A stretch of 64,000 nucleotides of DNA from the human T2T-CHM13v2.0 reference genome, Homo sapiens. The DNA is taken from assembly GCF_009914755.1 (NCBI RefSeq), contig NC_060933.1; one strand, written 5' to 3'. The stretch's first letter is position 1. Every line of letters starts with the position of its first letter. Under the pieces are notes generated by a model that had not been told where the DNA came from, did no database searches, and saw only the letters and a program-made list of their open reading frames with translations. Of the stretch, positions 63,780 through 64,000 are shown in pieces. A program made the position numbers and the translations under genes.

Positions 63780-63985
63780 AATTCTATTAGTTACATGGGT
63801 GCAGCAGTAAAAAATTCCTAGACTGGGAGGCTGAGAGCTCTCCTGTGTCCAAACTTCACTATGAATTAGCTATTGCAACTGAGAAAAGTCCTTCTTCTCT
63901 GTAAGAATTTCCTCTTTGTAAAATTAGGACCATACAAAGTAATTGTTAAAGTTCTTCCTGGACTTTCTATTTTATGATATTATCT
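63780..63985 (+). mobile_element. MIR-like relic
   Basis: Degenerate ctagactgggag..ttcctctttgtaaaatt. Confidence 0.5.
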
Positions 63986-64000
63986 CCTTCCTTTCTTTGA

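Overview
Primate (human-like) AT-rich, repeat-dense intergenic or intronic DNA. I see no recognisable host protein-coding exon, RNA gene or CRISPR array. The window holds three full-length, inactivated primate L1 elements: L1-A at 10189-16319 (+, L1PA4/5-like), L1-B at 20755-26801 (-, L1PA3-like) and L1-C at about 35196-41281 (-, L1PA6-like). Around them lie older L1M/L1PB pieces, four Alus, MaLR/ERVL LTRs, MIR/L2 relics, hAT DNA-transposon relics and microsatellites. Subfamily names come from remembered diagnostic positions, not a RepeatMasker run. The most striking feature is that the three independently inserted L1s share many non-CpG substitutions in alternating patches, including two identical ORF2 nonsense codons. 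This points to repeated local gene conversion among them. Other oddities are a fold-back templated insertion copied from 2.8 kb away, a perfect 25-bp inverted repeat, a 16-bp-arm palindrome, a TSD-less full-length L1, a 251-codon open frame in apparently unique DNA, and candidate splice sites including a 20-nt micro-exon. I find no evidence of a novel multi-gene system.
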